Shown piece after piece: positions 29,559-39,207 of a stretch of 64,000 nucleotides of DNA (positions are counted from its first letter, which is position 1; each line of letters opens with the position of its first letter). This stretch comes from Patescibacteria group bacterium (GTDB taxonomy: Bacteria; Patescibacteriota; Microgenomatia; UBA1400; MFAQ01). The stretch lies in NCBI GenBank assembly GCA_943355005.1, contig CALRDV010000004.1, positions 7,898-71,897 of the forward strand. The letters are read 5' to 3'. Under the pieces are notes generated by a model, which did no database searches, was not told where the DNA came from, and saw only the letters and a list, made by a program, of their open reading frames with translations. The position numbers were made by a program, and so were the translations under genes.

Positions 29559-30110
29559 TCAGCTTTTAGGAAGAGTGAAACCCTTGGAAAGACCGAACTG
29601 AATAAAACCTTCCAGATCTAAAATAGTTTGACTGATTTGGCAGTTTTGGAAAGCAACTCCGGTAGTGTTTGAGTCGGTGAAATCCGTGTTCTTGAGCTTG
29701 CAATAATCAAACACCGATTTTTCAAAATCAATTTTTGTAAGTTTTAAGCCGGAAAGATCGCAATTAGCAAAATAGACCGACTTTAGCTCGGAATCAGGGA
29801 AGATACAGCCGGGGAGTTTTTGCTTCTCAAATGAGCAACCTTCGAGGCGACAGTGCTGGAAAATACACGCTGAGAGGGAAGTATCTTTGAAATTAATCCA
29901 GTTCATTTTGCAATCTTCAAACCGGCACTTGGTGAAAGATACTGAATCCAAAAGTGAATTCGATAAATCACAGTTTACAAAAGTGCAGCTCTCGAATCCG
30001 GTGAATTTAAACTGGGATTTGGTGAACTTGCAGTCCACGAACTTCGTATCCTCAAAATCGACACCTTTCAACTCCTCATCGGTGAAATTTTTGTCTTTGA
30101 GGGAAATCAT
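29559..30110 (-). CDS. Pentapeptide-repeat protein
   Basis: Tandem A(D/N)LxF-type pentapeptides, for example NCDLSNSLLDSVSFTKCRFEDCKMNWINF, recur throughout the 183-aa protein. Confidence 0.7.
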   Translation of the reverse strand: MISLKDKNFTDEELKGVDFEDTKFVDCKFTKSQFKFTGFESCTFVNCDLSNSLLDSVSFTKCRFEDCKMNWINFKDTSLSACIFQHCRLEGCSFEKQKLPGCIFPDSELKSVYFANCDLSGLKLTKIDFEKSVFDYCKLKNTDFTDSNTTGVAFQNCQISQTILDLEGFIQFGLSKGFTLPKS

Positions 30111-30271
30111 ATGGTTAATTATAATTCTGTGTTCGGGATCAAAGACTTTGTCTTTGCCCTCACCCCCGCCTCGCTGGGCTTGTTACAAGACCAGCTCCGG
30201 CAATCTCTCATAAATTCTTAGTTTTTTGTTTATAACGATTTCCACAAGGAAAATGATTATAAACATAGAAT

Positions 30272-31174
30272 TTACTCGAGACCTCTTAGAGCTTTAATTC
30301 TTTCTTTGACGGGAGGGTGAGTGTTGAAAAGGCCCGAGAACCAGCCGATGGAGTCGGATCTGTTTTTAAGCGGATTTGAAATGTATAAGTGAGCAGTTGC
30401 TTTATTGGCTGCTTCGAGGGGTTCTTTGTCGGCCGAAATTTTCTCCAAGGCACTTGCCAGGCCTTCCGGATATTTGGTGAGGGCAGCACCTGACGCGTCG
30501 GCTAAAAATTCACGCCGACGGGAGATGGCAAGCTGAATTAATTGGGCGATGATAGGTGAAAGTAGGGCAAGAACAATTCCAACAATAAAAAGAATCGCTC
30601 CAAGATTGCCATCTTCATTGTCCCGGCTTCGCCCTCTAATGCGGCTTCGTAATAGAATGTCGGCCAGTAAGGTAATCATACCCACTAAGATTGTTACGAT
30701 GCCCATTAAGCGGATATCGTAGTTCCGGACATGACTTAGCTCATGTGCCACCACACCTTCGAGTTCTGTGCGGTTTAGACGAGCCAGAAGGCCAGTGGTG
30801 GCACAGACCACGGCATGCTCAGGATCTCGACCGGTAGCGAAGGCGTTCATAGCAGTATCCTCGATTACATAAAGCTTTGGCATGGGAATTTTGGCGACTC
30901 CCACTAAGTTTTCAGTAACGGTATAGAAATCGAAAAAATCTTTTTTGGTAGCCGGTATAGCGCCGGAGATTGAAAGGATGATACTGTCGGAAAAATAAAA
31001 GCTAGCAAAACTCATGATACCGGAGATGATAAGAGCTATGCCAATAAAACTGGAGTCGAAGCCCATGGAGTAAGTAATGGCATATGCTGAGGCAGTAATA
31101 AAAGCAACAAACAATGCAATTACTACAACGCTACGGAATTTATTTTCGTCGACTTGTTCGTAAAAATTTTTCAT
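30272..31174 (-). CDS. htpX: M48-family zinc metalloprotease HtpX
   Basis: HELSHV (HExxH) sits between TM helices. The protein has a four-TM topology. 300 aa. Confidence 0.8.
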   Translation of the reverse strand: MKNFYEQVDENKFRSVVVIALFVAFITASAYAITYSMGFDSSFIGIALIISGIMSFASFYFSDSIILSISGAIPATKKDFFDFYTVTENLVGVAKIPMPKLYVIEDTAMNAFATGRDPEHAVVCATTGLLARLNRTELEGVVAHELSHVRNYDIRLMGIVTILVGMITLLADILLRSRIRGRSRDNEDGNLGAILFIVGIVLALLSPIIAQLIQLAISRRREFLADASGAALTKYPEGLASALEKISADKEPLEAANKATAHLYISNPLKNRSDSIGWFSGLFNTHPPVKERIKALRGLE

Positions 31175-31223
31175 AAGTTTATCCGGATGGATTCCCGATC
31201 AGGTCGGGAATGACAGGATGGAT

Positions 31224-31811
31224 TTATAGAGAAACTTTGGGGTCACTCATTTCTTCATCCGAGACAGAAAGATGAGCGCCTTCAGAGGCAGTAGCTAGAC
31301 CTTTTTGAGCCTTGAAGCCAAAGGCATTAGCAACTAGATTGCTTGGGAAGGTAACAATTTTTATATTGAAGTCTGCAGTCAAATCAATAACAACTCTTCT
31401 GGCATACATAAGCTTATCGGCAGTATCGCGAAGCTCGTCCATGAGCTTGTTCACTACTTCTACACCCTTCATTTCCGGATTACTTTCGACCAATACTTGA
31501 AGTTTGGGAACCAGATTGCTGATAGCATCGGAAGCGGCTTCAATCTTAGCCATATCTTTACTGCCGGCAGCTTTATCGACCGCTTTTCTGGCGGAGGTGA
31601 TTGCCTCATAGATACCTTTTTCGTGCTTCAAGTAGCCTTTGACAGAATTTTCTAGATTGGGGATTAAGCTGGCTTGTCTTTTTAACTGATTGCCAATATC
31701 TTGAATCGAGGCTGTAATCCTGGTCAGAGCGGTCTGAAACCAGTTGTAGAGAGAGATGACATATAGTCCGATAGCGACGGCAACAACGACGATTAGAGGT
31801 AATAGGTTCAT
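31224..31811 (-). CDS. lemA: LemA-family protein
   Basis: N-terminal TM followed by a LemA-like helical domain. It forms the conserved lemA-htpX gene pair. Confidence 0.7.
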   Translation of the reverse strand: MNLLPLIVVVAVAIGLYVISLYNWFQTALTRITASIQDIGNQLKRQASLIPNLENSVKGYLKHEKGIYEAITSARKAVDKAAGSKDMAKIEAASDAISNLVPKLQVLVESNPEMKGVEVVNKLMDELRDTADKLMYARRVVIDLTADFNIKIVTFPSNLVANAFGFKAQKGLATASEGAHLSVSDEEMSDPKVSL

Positions 31812-31869
31812 TTTTTTTCAAATTAAATAACTGTAATTATTCTATCACTACACGCAAGCCTTGCTTTGA

Positions 31870-33030
31870 TTAGAGCGATAGCAGGCTGACGACTCTGGTA
31901 ATGAAAGGTTGGTTTCTGGAAACAACATCGCCAGTGCCGGCAGAGACTGAGATGCTGACTGGTACTGTTACTGGAATCTTTCCAAAAACTTTATATACCT
32001 TTGTAGCTTCAAATTTATAAATCACCTCGCCATCGGAATATTCTATTTTTGGCACGACTTTGGAATTTACATTGGCAATCATTTTGAGAGCAATTACATT
32101 TTTAAGTGCTTTGTCCGGTGTGAAATTCATGGGTACCAGACCATCACGGGTACTGACAACTAATGAATTTGTATCGACATCAATCAAGATGGGTAAGTCT
32201 GTAAGAGCCGTAACCTTGCCATCTATTACTGCCAGCTGATTGTCCGGAGTTAAGTTTAGAGAAAGTCCCTTCTTCTCAAGCCTACTTAGCATCGAGGATT
32301 CCAAATCTCTGAGCTTAGTTTCATCTACATTGATTGATTTTCCGGTTTTATCCTCGGCTGTTAAAGAGACCTGTCCACCACTAAATTGGTATTTCAGCTT
32401 CATTTGATCGGGTAATATTTGTTCTTTGTACTTTTCTGTCGGCTTAACGGTCGGAGTGGGTTTGGGAGTTGTTGTCGGTGTTGATATTCTACCCACCCCA
32501 ATGGACTCAAACCCTCTTTTAATGCTGTCAATAAATCCTCCACTAGATTTTGTTACCGGTTTCGCACCTTCTTGTTGATTTACTACAGATCTGCCGGATA
32601 CCGATACGGTCTTGATTTCCGGCTGATTTATGACAGGAAGGTATTCCCGAGCATTTTGGTTTGATTGGAGGGACGGAACTGAGTAAGTAGGATCTGAATA
32701 TGTTGGTGCGATTTTGCGCATTTCGACCGGAGGTTCGGTTGGGTTGTTAAAAGGAGTCGCTGTAGGCTGTATTACAGGTTCATAAGTCGGCATTACAGAA
32801 TTAACTACAGTTGGTATCACGTTCTGTATCGTCGTTTGTGTTTCGTTCAGTGTTTTATTGCTGTGATTCTCAGAATTTCCCTTTTCATCGTCATTATTTT
32901 GATTTTCGTAATCTCCTAAAGCACTCTGAGATACGACAAGCACCGTTGCCCCAAAAACAAAAAGGACTATACCTAAAACTATCAAGAATTCGCGACGAAC
33001 CCCATACTTACTATGTTTTCTTTTTCCCAT
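31870..33030 (-). CDS. Membrane-anchored hypothetical protein with Pro/Thr-rich segment
   Basis: N-terminal TM (LIVLGIVLFVFGATVLVV) and a PTP-rich low-complexity stretch. 386 aa. Confidence 0.45.
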   Translation of the reverse strand: MGKRKHSKYGVRREFLIVLGIVLFVFGATVLVVSQSALGDYENQNNDDEKGNSENHSNKTLNETQTTIQNVIPTVVNSVMPTYEPVIQPTATPFNNPTEPPVEMRKIAPTYSDPTYSVPSLQSNQNAREYLPVINQPEIKTVSVSGRSVVNQQEGAKPVTKSSGGFIDSIKRGFESIGVGRISTPTTTPKPTPTVKPTEKYKEQILPDQMKLKYQFSGGQVSLTAEDKTGKSINVDETKLRDLESSMLSRLEKKGLSLNLTPDNQLAVIDGKVTALTDLPILIDVDTNSLVVSTRDGLVPMNFTPDKALKNVIALKMIANVNSKVVPKIEYSDGEVIYKFEATKVYKVFGKIPVTVPVSISVSAGTGDVVSRNQPFITRVVSLLSL

Positions 33031-33114
33031 CTACTCTTATTAAGACTTATTTAATTACAAGTGTCAAGTTGAGCTTACAATTTTATATTTTGTCGGTGTT
33101 TTATCTTAGTCTAT

Positions 33115-33531
33115 TTACAAATAACCCATTCTTTCCTTAACATAACTTGGAATATCCTTCATTGTAAAAATCTCATCTTTAGTCAGCCAGACAACCTCTT
33201 CTTGGTCTTCAAGTGGTCTTGCTTCTCCAGACTTCCAATCACACAGGAAGGTAAGCATGATTACATGGTCTCCACTGGAACGAATAAAAGAGTCGTTATA
33301 AATCAGCTTGATTTCGTCCTTTATCTCTACTCCCACTTCCTCCATAACTTCTTTTTTTAAAGTCTCTTCCAAAGGCCTTAGCTTAATACCTTTCTCCACT
33401 TTTCCACCAGGAATACTCCATTCCCCCGGTGACTGATCATCATTTTTACTTCTTCTTGCTAAAAGATACTTGTTTTCTTTTCTAATAATTGCCGTAACAG
33501 CGACTACATGAAGAGGAATTTTATTTGACAT
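33115..33531 (-). CDS. NUDIX hydrolase (MutT-like)
   Basis: Nudix box GEWSIPGGKVEKGIKLRPLEETLKKEVMEEVGVEI. 138 aa. Confidence 0.7.
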   Translation of the reverse strand: MSNKIPLHVVAVTAIIRKENKYLLARRSKNDDQSPGEWSIPGGKVEKGIKLRPLEETLKKEVMEEVGVEIKDEIKLIYNDSFIRSSGDHVIMLTFLCDWKSGEARPLEDQEEVVWLTKDEIFTMKDIPSYVKERMGYL

Positions 33532-33655
33532 AAGATGGAGTATAGCAAAAGTAAGTTATAGACTAATTATATCCACCCTATTGGTATGTGCAAATTATTT
33601 GTTCATATTTTTCACAATGAGAATTTGAGCTTAAATCACTCTTCTTTCCACGAAA

Positions 33656-33685
33656 AACCACCCTTGCGGGTGGCTTTTCGGTTCA
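33656..33685 (-). terminator. Rho-independent terminator of the RRM gene
   Basis: On the minus strand, GCCACCCGCAAGGGTGG is followed by TTTTTCG. Confidence 0.55.
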
Positions 33686-33718
33686 TGGTCTTGCGACCAC
33701 TATTCTTGAAGAGCTAAT

Positions 33719-34000
33719 TTAGCGTCCTCCGAAAGATCGCGCTGGGCGATCTTCTTTTGGTCGAGCTTCGTTAACAATTATGTTGCGACCATCGAGGTCA
33801 GCACCATTCATTTTTTCGATAGCGTTCTTAGCAGCCTCAGCGTCCTCGAATTCAACGAATCCGAATCCCTTACTCCTGCCGGAGAACTTATCTGATATAA
33901 CAGTTATCTCGCCTAGGGCTCCGAAAGGAGAGAAGATCTCCTGGAGTCTTGATTGAGTAACATTGTAGGGTAGATTCCCTACGTACAAACGAACAGCCAT
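33719..34000 (-). CDS. RNA-recognition-motif (RRM) RNA-binding protein
   Basis: RNP-2 is LYVGNL and RNP-1 is KGFGFVEF, with a Gly/Arg tail. ATG at 34000 with an AAAGGAG SD. 93 aa. Confidence 0.75.
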   Translation of the reverse strand: MAVRLYVGNLPYNVTQSRLQEIFSPFGALGEITVISDKFSGRSKGFGFVEFEDAEAAKNAIEKMNGADLDGRNIIVNEARPKEDRPARSFGGR

Positions 34001-34176
34001 TTCTGGCTCCTTTCTACTTTCCCTGTGGTAATCATCACCACAAGACAATCTGTAAAGGTTAAGATGATTTAACTAGCATATTATACCGCACTTTGTTAAA
34101 ATACACTTTGATACTCTCGATTTGAGGGTAATTTAGCTTCCGGAAGCTTATTTTGGGGTTTCCAGAACTTTAATCT

Positions 34177-34253
34177 GGGGTTGTAGCTCAGTTGGTTAGA
34201 GCGCCCGCCTGTCACGCGGGAGGTCAAGGGTTCGAGTCCCTCCAGCCCCGCCA
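34177..34253 (+). tRNA. tRNA-Asp (anticodon GTC), CCA encoded
   Basis: Acceptor GGGGTTG pairs with CAGCCCC, the anticodon loop is CTGTCAC, the T-loop is TTCGAGT, and the 3' terminus is GCCA. Confidence 0.85.
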
Positions 34254-34256
34254 AAG

Positions 34257-34285
34257 AAAATCTCTCCCTAGTGGAGAGATTTTTT
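34257..34285 (+). terminator. Rho-independent terminator after tRNA-Asp
   Basis: TCTCTCC pairs with GGAGAGA across a CTAGT loop, followed by a T6 run. Confidence 0.6.
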
Positions 34286-34375
34286 ATGCCTAATTCTTGA
34301 CACTATAGGTTTTTTCTGGTATAATAATTTTCACTAGGTCTTTAAATCAACCAGACAATTTTCGGAGGCAATAGT

Positions 34376-34831
34376 ATGGATATTTTTTCAGCACCCACAA
34401 CCGTCTATCGAGTCGATGGGCCGCCCAATAGGGGCTTATGGTATAACCCCGATGGAAAGTTCGTCGGAGAAATTCACAACAACCTATCATTTTGCCACGC
34501 AAGTGCATTGGAAATGCCTTACGACAAAACCTTAGTGGGTTGGCGTTCTTGCACAGAGACGCTAGAAGATCTCCTGCTCTGGATTTCGTTAGAAGAGTTT
34601 GTCCAGCTTGAGAGTAGGGGTTTTAAGGCATCGGTTTACGAAGCTCATCAAACGAAAACCTATATTCACATAGACCATGCGACGGGGCTTCAAATGCCTC
34701 ACCTGGTCTTCAAGAAAGACGCAGCACGATTGATCCGTCTTCTCTCGGTTAGGGAACTTGGTCTTCAACTCGAGGAAGACAAGCTGATTTCTTCAATCAA
34801 CTTAAGCCAGCAACAAATAGTCCCTCGCTAG
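34376..34831 (+). CDS. Hypothetical protein (151 aa), GC-elevated
   Basis: ORF of about 46% GC against a local background of about 38%. No motif. A terminator hairpin at 34821-34845 overlaps the stop codon. Confidence 0.45.
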   Translation: MDIFSAPTTVYRVDGPPNRGLWYNPDGKFVGEIHNNLSFCHASALEMPYDKTLVGWRSCTETLEDLLLWISLEEFVQLESRGFKASVYEAHQTKTYIHIDHATGLQMPHLVFKKDAARLIRLLSVRELGLQLEEDKLISSINLSQQQIVPR

Positions 34832-34854
34832 TCGAGGGATTTTTATTGCATAGA

Positions 34855-34941
34855 GGGACTCGAAATGCCGGAGTCGAACCCGTAACTGTTTCGGCGAGGT
34901 GGGTCCGAGAGAATTCCGAAGGGATTACTCGAGGGAGTCTC
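34855..34941 (+). ncRNA. Candidate structured RNA element, copy A (unclassified)
   Basis: It shares the core ATGCCGGAG(T/C)CGAACCCGTAAC(T/G)GTTTCGGCGAGG and GGTC(C/T)CGA...GAGGG(G)AGTC with copy B at 41753-41831. The closing stem GGGACTC/GAGTCTC covaries with B's GTGGGAC/GTCCCAC. An internal hairpin carries a GTAAC loop. Confidence 0.3.
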
Positions 34942-34967
34942 GTTCCCCCCAGCCCTGAACTTTTTTA

Positions 34968-34998
34968 CAAAAAAATCCTCTCAAGAATGAGAGGATTT
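34968..34998 (-). terminator. Rho-independent terminator of the 498-aa minus-strand gene
   Basis: On the minus strand, ATCCTCTC pairs with GAGAGGAT and is followed by T7. Confidence 0.55.
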
Positions 34999-35014
34999 AT
35001 ACAAATTTGGAGAG

Positions 35015-36511
35015 TTAGGTTATGTCTATACGACCACTTTGATTCGCATCGCCGTAGACTGACCGTTTTTTGGCGTTAATTGGAGTGCGGTTTTGAGGCT
35101 GGACAGACCAACCATCCTCGTTTACCTTGGTTTCGAGTTCGTCACCCCGGATTACGGAATAACTCAAGACTGGGGTGGCAAAGCCATCCACGTCATCTAC
35201 GCCCAAAAAGCCACCCACGAGCCGGCAATCGAAGTTTGCACCATTTCCACCGTTGTCTGCTTTAAAATTGCGGCCTGCAAATTCGCCAGTTGACTGATGA
35301 CCATGATTCTTGCCATAGTTCAAGACAAAGGGGACGCTGCTCAGGTGAGCAGGAATATCCTCACGATGAATCCCCTCACCATATTGGCGCTTGAGATTGA
35401 CCTTCCAATCATAAAGATTTTCAGGTTTGGGGTATGGTGTCCCTGTGTGGAATTTGTAGTTGACAAACGAAGTGATCCAACCGTCCATGTCATCTACGCC
35501 CGAGCCAGAATAATGATTGTAAATGCTGGCCCAGAAAAAGTTATCAACTTCTTTGCGTCCGGCAACCGTATCGGCAATTTCCTGCAGTACGGGCAAAAGG
35601 TTCTTGAAGTAAAGCCCGAGATGCTCGGAGAAATAGCCGGATAATTTTGTGCAGGCGGACAGAATGTTGTCGTAGTCTTCCGGGGTACCGAACAAACGAA
35701 TGCTGGGAATACCACAACAAACTCGCATCAGCATATCGTAGAACGGACTCGCGGCATCCAACACTGCTACGATAGAGGCTGTCTGACTGGCAAGATCATG
35801 TGTGGAAATTTCGGGGAGCATGAACTTTAACAGATCCGAGGGCATCTGCGATTCCAAACCCTTGTGAAGCAGACCAATACCCGTTGCCCATGCTTCAGCC
35901 TGATCAAACTGAGCGATATCGATATCGTTCACTTGTACATCGATCAACTTCTTCTCAGCTGAATCGGTGAATAGGTACCGGTATGTTTCAGGATTCTGAC
36001 GGACACAGATGCCGATTTCGTGCAGCACCATCCACATAAGAGCTTCCGGACGTATACCTAGTGGATGATGGTTTGTGAAGCAATAGTGAACGGTGTTTAA
36101 AAACAAACTTGAAGCGGCTCCGATGGGCTTGTGTTCACTCTCGGGCAAGTCTTCACTGTGCCCGGCCGAAATGCATTCTTTACCTTGCCAGACTGGATTG
36201 ACCCAGCGGGAGGTTCGATACCCACGCATATCAAGTGAATCATTTTTTTCAATCAGCTGAATAACAGGTTTTGATGCTTCAGGAAAAAGAAGTTTCATCT
36301 TTTCCGTTATCGCCTCGTGAGCCAAATTACCGTGACGCTTAGGCAGAGGTTCTGCCACCACACCGGGATAGCCAGGACCCGGTTCCCAGTTAGGATCGAC
36401 CTCTCTTCGGTATTGCCATATCGGTAACTCTGAGCCTGGTACTTGATACTTTCCCAGATTGGGAATATAAACTTGTACTTCTTTTGCAACTTGAAGTTTC
36501 TTCATACACAC
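35015..36511 (-). CDS. Hypothetical protein (498 aa), GC-elevated
   Basis: Long ORF at roughly 48% GC; no recognisable catalytic motif. Confidence 0.5.
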   Translation of the reverse strand: MCMKKLQVAKEVQVYIPNLGKYQVPGSELPIWQYRREVDPNWEPGPGYPGVVAEPLPKRHGNLAHEAITEKMKLLFPEASKPVIQLIEKNDSLDMRGYRTSRWVNPVWQGKECISAGHSEDLPESEHKPIGAASSLFLNTVHYCFTNHHPLGIRPEALMWMVLHEIGICVRQNPETYRYLFTDSAEKKLIDVQVNDIDIAQFDQAEAWATGIGLLHKGLESQMPSDLLKFMLPEISTHDLASQTASIVAVLDAASPFYDMLMRVCCGIPSIRLFGTPEDYDNILSACTKLSGYFSEHLGLYFKNLLPVLQEIADTVAGRKEVDNFFWASIYNHYSGSGVDDMDGWITSFVNYKFHTGTPYPKPENLYDWKVNLKRQYGEGIHREDIPAHLSSVPFVLNYGKNHGHQSTGEFAGRNFKADNGGNGANFDCRLVGGFLGVDDVDGFATPVLSYSVIRGDELETKVNEDGWSVQPQNRTPINAKKRSVYGDANQSGRIDIT

Positions 36512-36757
36512 ATCTCCTTGTTCAACTGGATTGAATTGACTTAGCTAATTCAAAGAACTTGCCAATGAATGGCAGGCACATTTTACCCAATTTAAGTATT
36601 AAAATCAAGTTATGGGATTCTTACTTGTAATCATTACAATAAATTCAAGATTCGATTCAAACCTATAACTATCAGGTGTCCTATCTCCTCTTGCCCTGCT
36701 GAATATATGATCGTGCCTTTGTGTTTGGTATATTTAGAGCCGTGAGATAATTGTGGG

Positions 36758-37450
36758 ATGGATGAAGCTATAAAAAGATCTGAAAATATAGGTAAACGGT
36801 TAAAAACGGCTGCGCATGATTATGACCATTTTAATCGAGTTAGAAACTGGGTTGTTTTAATAGCTAAGGATGAAGGTCTGAATGAGAGAGGGAAGTTTCT
36901 ATTGGAAATATCAGCACTCTGGCATGATATGGCACTGGATAAGGTTACCGACCGATCAAAACATGGAGAAGTAGCCGGAGAAATGTTTTTGCATGAGTTT
37001 AAAGGTTACGATGTTTTTACCGAAAACGAGAAAGAAACTATCTTCTTTATGCTCAAATACCACGATAAAGCCAGATTGGTTAGAAATTCAAAAACGGATA
37101 AAAAACTTTTACAGATGCTAAATATCCTAACCGATGCCGACACTTTGGAGCTGCTTGGGGAACGAGGATACGAAAGAGCTCTTGAAACTGCAAGGGCAAA
37201 TAATTGGCCTAACTTTGATACTAATAATCCAAAAGGTGAAACCTATGGCTTTTCGGCCAAACAGTTTGATGAAAGATTCGAATTGACTAAAACAGGAAAG
37301 ATCAAACATGTAAAGGAACCGACTCTGGTTGGCTTGCTAAACTTTCTGATTAGCTGTGCCGATAATTTGTATTCCTCCAAGGCTAAAACGGTGGGGAAAG
37401 CCGGTGCAGATTATTTAAAAAGTAAAATTGACTACATTATTGGACAATAA
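36758..37450 (+). CDS. HD-domain phosphohydrolase
   Basis: The H..HD metal-binding motif (HDYDHFNRV ... LWHDMALD ... DADTLE) is present. 230 aa. It is a paralogue of the gene at 41876. Confidence 0.7.
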   Translation: MDEAIKRSENIGKRLKTAAHDYDHFNRVRNWVVLIAKDEGLNERGKFLLEISALWHDMALDKVTDRSKHGEVAGEMFLHEFKGYDVFTENEKETIFFMLKYHDKARLVRNSKTDKKLLQMLNILTDADTLELLGERGYERALETARANNWPNFDTNNPKGETYGFSAKQFDERFELTKTGKIKHVKEPTLVGLLNFLISCADNLYSSKAKTVGKAGADYLKSKIDYIIGQ

Positions 37451-37461
37451 ACGCGATATAT

Positions 37462-37866
37462 TTGACTATGGAAACTATAATCCCCACCATCAGACTGCAA
37501 CAATTTAGAAGTACTCCGAGATGGAGAAGGTCGCTCAGTGGACCTTTTATCTGGGCACCTTTTTTACCTATGCTTCTGTTGGATTTTTTTATGGAAATTT
37601 ATCACCATATTTGTTTTCCATTGTATGGTCTTAAGCTAATACCAAGAAAAAACTACTTTTTCTTTGATAGAACTGAACTTAATCTAAGCTGGTCGGAAAA
37701 GATTAGCTGTCATTATTGTGGCTATGCCAATGGACTGGCTGCATACATGGTAGCGATTGCAGGAGAGACCGAAGCTTACTGGTGTGCCATCAAACACAAG
37801 GAAAGATTAAGTTTGGAGACTCAGCCGCACACAAAGGACTTCATAGCTCAGGAAAAATTCAAGTAG
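37462..37866 (+). CDS. Hypothetical protein (134 aa)
   Basis: ORF with a central hydrophobic segment and a Cys/His pair (CHYCGY). Confidence 0.35.
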   Translation: MTMETIIPTIRLQQFRSTPRWRRSLSGPFIWAPFLPMLLLDFFMEIYHHICFPLYGLKLIPRKNYFFFDRTELNLSWSEKISCHYCGYANGLAAYMVAIAGETEAYWCAIKHKERLSLETQPHTKDFIAQEKFK

Positions 37867-37872
37867 ATAGTG

Positions 37873-38475
37873 TTATCTAAAAATTAGATATCCCATGACT
37901 GAACCGAGGAAAGTCAGAAGCAAATCCCAATTGGTATCGTGTACTCCTGGACCGATCATATAATTTCTTCTCATAGCAATATCCACCAATAATTCTCCCA
38001 TCTCGATTCCCACAGAAACCAAGTTGACAGTTAATAAAATGAAAAAGGCAACGGCAGAAGGATGCTGAAAAATAATCGGGAAAATAGTTACAAACCCTGT
38101 TAGTTCCAAGCCATAAAATAATAAAAAACCGGTAGCGAAGTGCTCAAATCTGTTATAAAGTGCTTTTTCTTTTTTTTGAACGAAGCCAAGGGTAAATTTA
38201 ATTAAGTTGCACCAAAATGCAATCAATAGAAGATAGAGATATGTCGATTTATCTAGGGAAGAGGAATTTGACAAAGTGCCCATTAGAATTAGCATTACCA
38301 CAAAGATACCTGCTCCAATAAGCCAACCTAAGCTCATTTGACTATTTTTGAAATTTATAACGCCCACGACTTGCAGTATCCCAAACAAGAAACCACATAT
38401 TATCAGAAAGATTGGGATGGATAACATAACTAATCCTAACATGGAATGCAGAAGCAAAGACATAGCTATTGACAT
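37873..38475 (-). CDS. Integral membrane protein (hypothetical, ~6 TM)
   Basis: Highly hydrophobic 200-aa ORF. Confidence 0.45.
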   Translation of the reverse strand: MSIAMSLLLHSMLGLVMLSIPIFLIICGFLFGILQVVGVINFKNSQMSLGWLIGAGIFVVMLILMGTLSNSSSLDKSTYLYLLLIAFWCNLIKFTLGFVQKKEKALYNRFEHFATGFLLFYGLELTGFVTIFPIIFQHPSAVAFFILLTVNLVSVGIEMGELLVDIAMRRNYMIGPGVHDTNWDLLLTFLGSVMGYLIFR

Positions 38476-38502
38476 TGATAAAAGTTTATATAAGATTGGA
38501 TT

Positions 38503-39168
38503 ATGAAAACAGGACAGAGTACAGAAAAACGTATTAAAAATATCCTAAAATTCTTCAAAATGAACGAGAATACTATCAGCACCCTAATGGGTGGAGTGGT
38601 GATTGTGGTGATTGCCGGACTGATTTTTAACTACTTTAGGACCGCAAACCTCAAAACATGGCAAGGAACATTACTTAATGATCAGGAAACGGCCCAGACA
38701 GAAAACAAGGATATATCCGCCAATGATAAGCTGGTTACCACCCATAAAGTTGTCAAAGGAGATGACCTCTGGCACATCGCAGAAAAATACTACAAGTCTG
38801 GCTATAACTATGTGGATATCATGAAAGAAAATAAAATTACCGGAAAGGGAATTATCACAGCAGGCATGGAGCTTAGAATTCCTAACGTTGAAGCTAAGAA
38901 ACTCACAGTTGTAGAAGTCAAAAAAGAAATAGCCATTTCAAAAACAGGTGATGTAGTAAAACAAGACGTAAAAGTGGCCGACTCTAAATCTATTGAAGTT
39001 GGTGAATACACGACTCAAAAAGGTGATTCTTACTGGAAGCTGGCAGTCCGAGCATATGGAGACGGATACAAATGGACAAAGATTTACTGGGCAAACAGAA
39101 AGTTGTTCGCAAAACCTGACATGATTCACGCGAACGTCAAAATCAACATCCCGGCTCTGGAAAAGTAA
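38503..39168 (+). CDS. LysM-domain peptidoglycan-binding protein (2 LysM repeats, N-terminal TM)
   Basis: Two LysM-like repeats: HKVVKGDDLWHIAEKYY...VDIMKENKI and YTTQKGDSYWKLAVRAYGDGYKWTKIYWANR. Confidence 0.7.
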   Translation: MKTGQSTEKRIKNILKFFKMNENTISTLMGGVVIVVIAGLIFNYFRTANLKTWQGTLLNDQETAQTENKDISANDKLVTTHKVVKGDDLWHIAEKYYKSGYNYVDIMKENKITGKGIITAGMELRIPNVEAKKLTVVEVKKEIAISKTGDVVKQDVKVADSKSIEVGEYTTQKGDSYWKLAVRAYGDGYKWTKIYWANRKLFAKPDMIHANVKINIPALEK

Positions 39169-39207
39169 ATACAAAAAAAGAGCGCCTAATAAAGACGCCC
39201 TTCAGAC

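Noticed and set aside
34855-34941. tRNA or tRNA pseudogene interpretation of the structured elements, because the TGCCGGAG and CGAACC strings resemble tRNA D/T-loop text
   Set aside because: No 7-nt anticodon loop with 5-bp stem can be placed. Minus-strand T-arm pairing fails. The conserved hairpin has a 5-nt loop.
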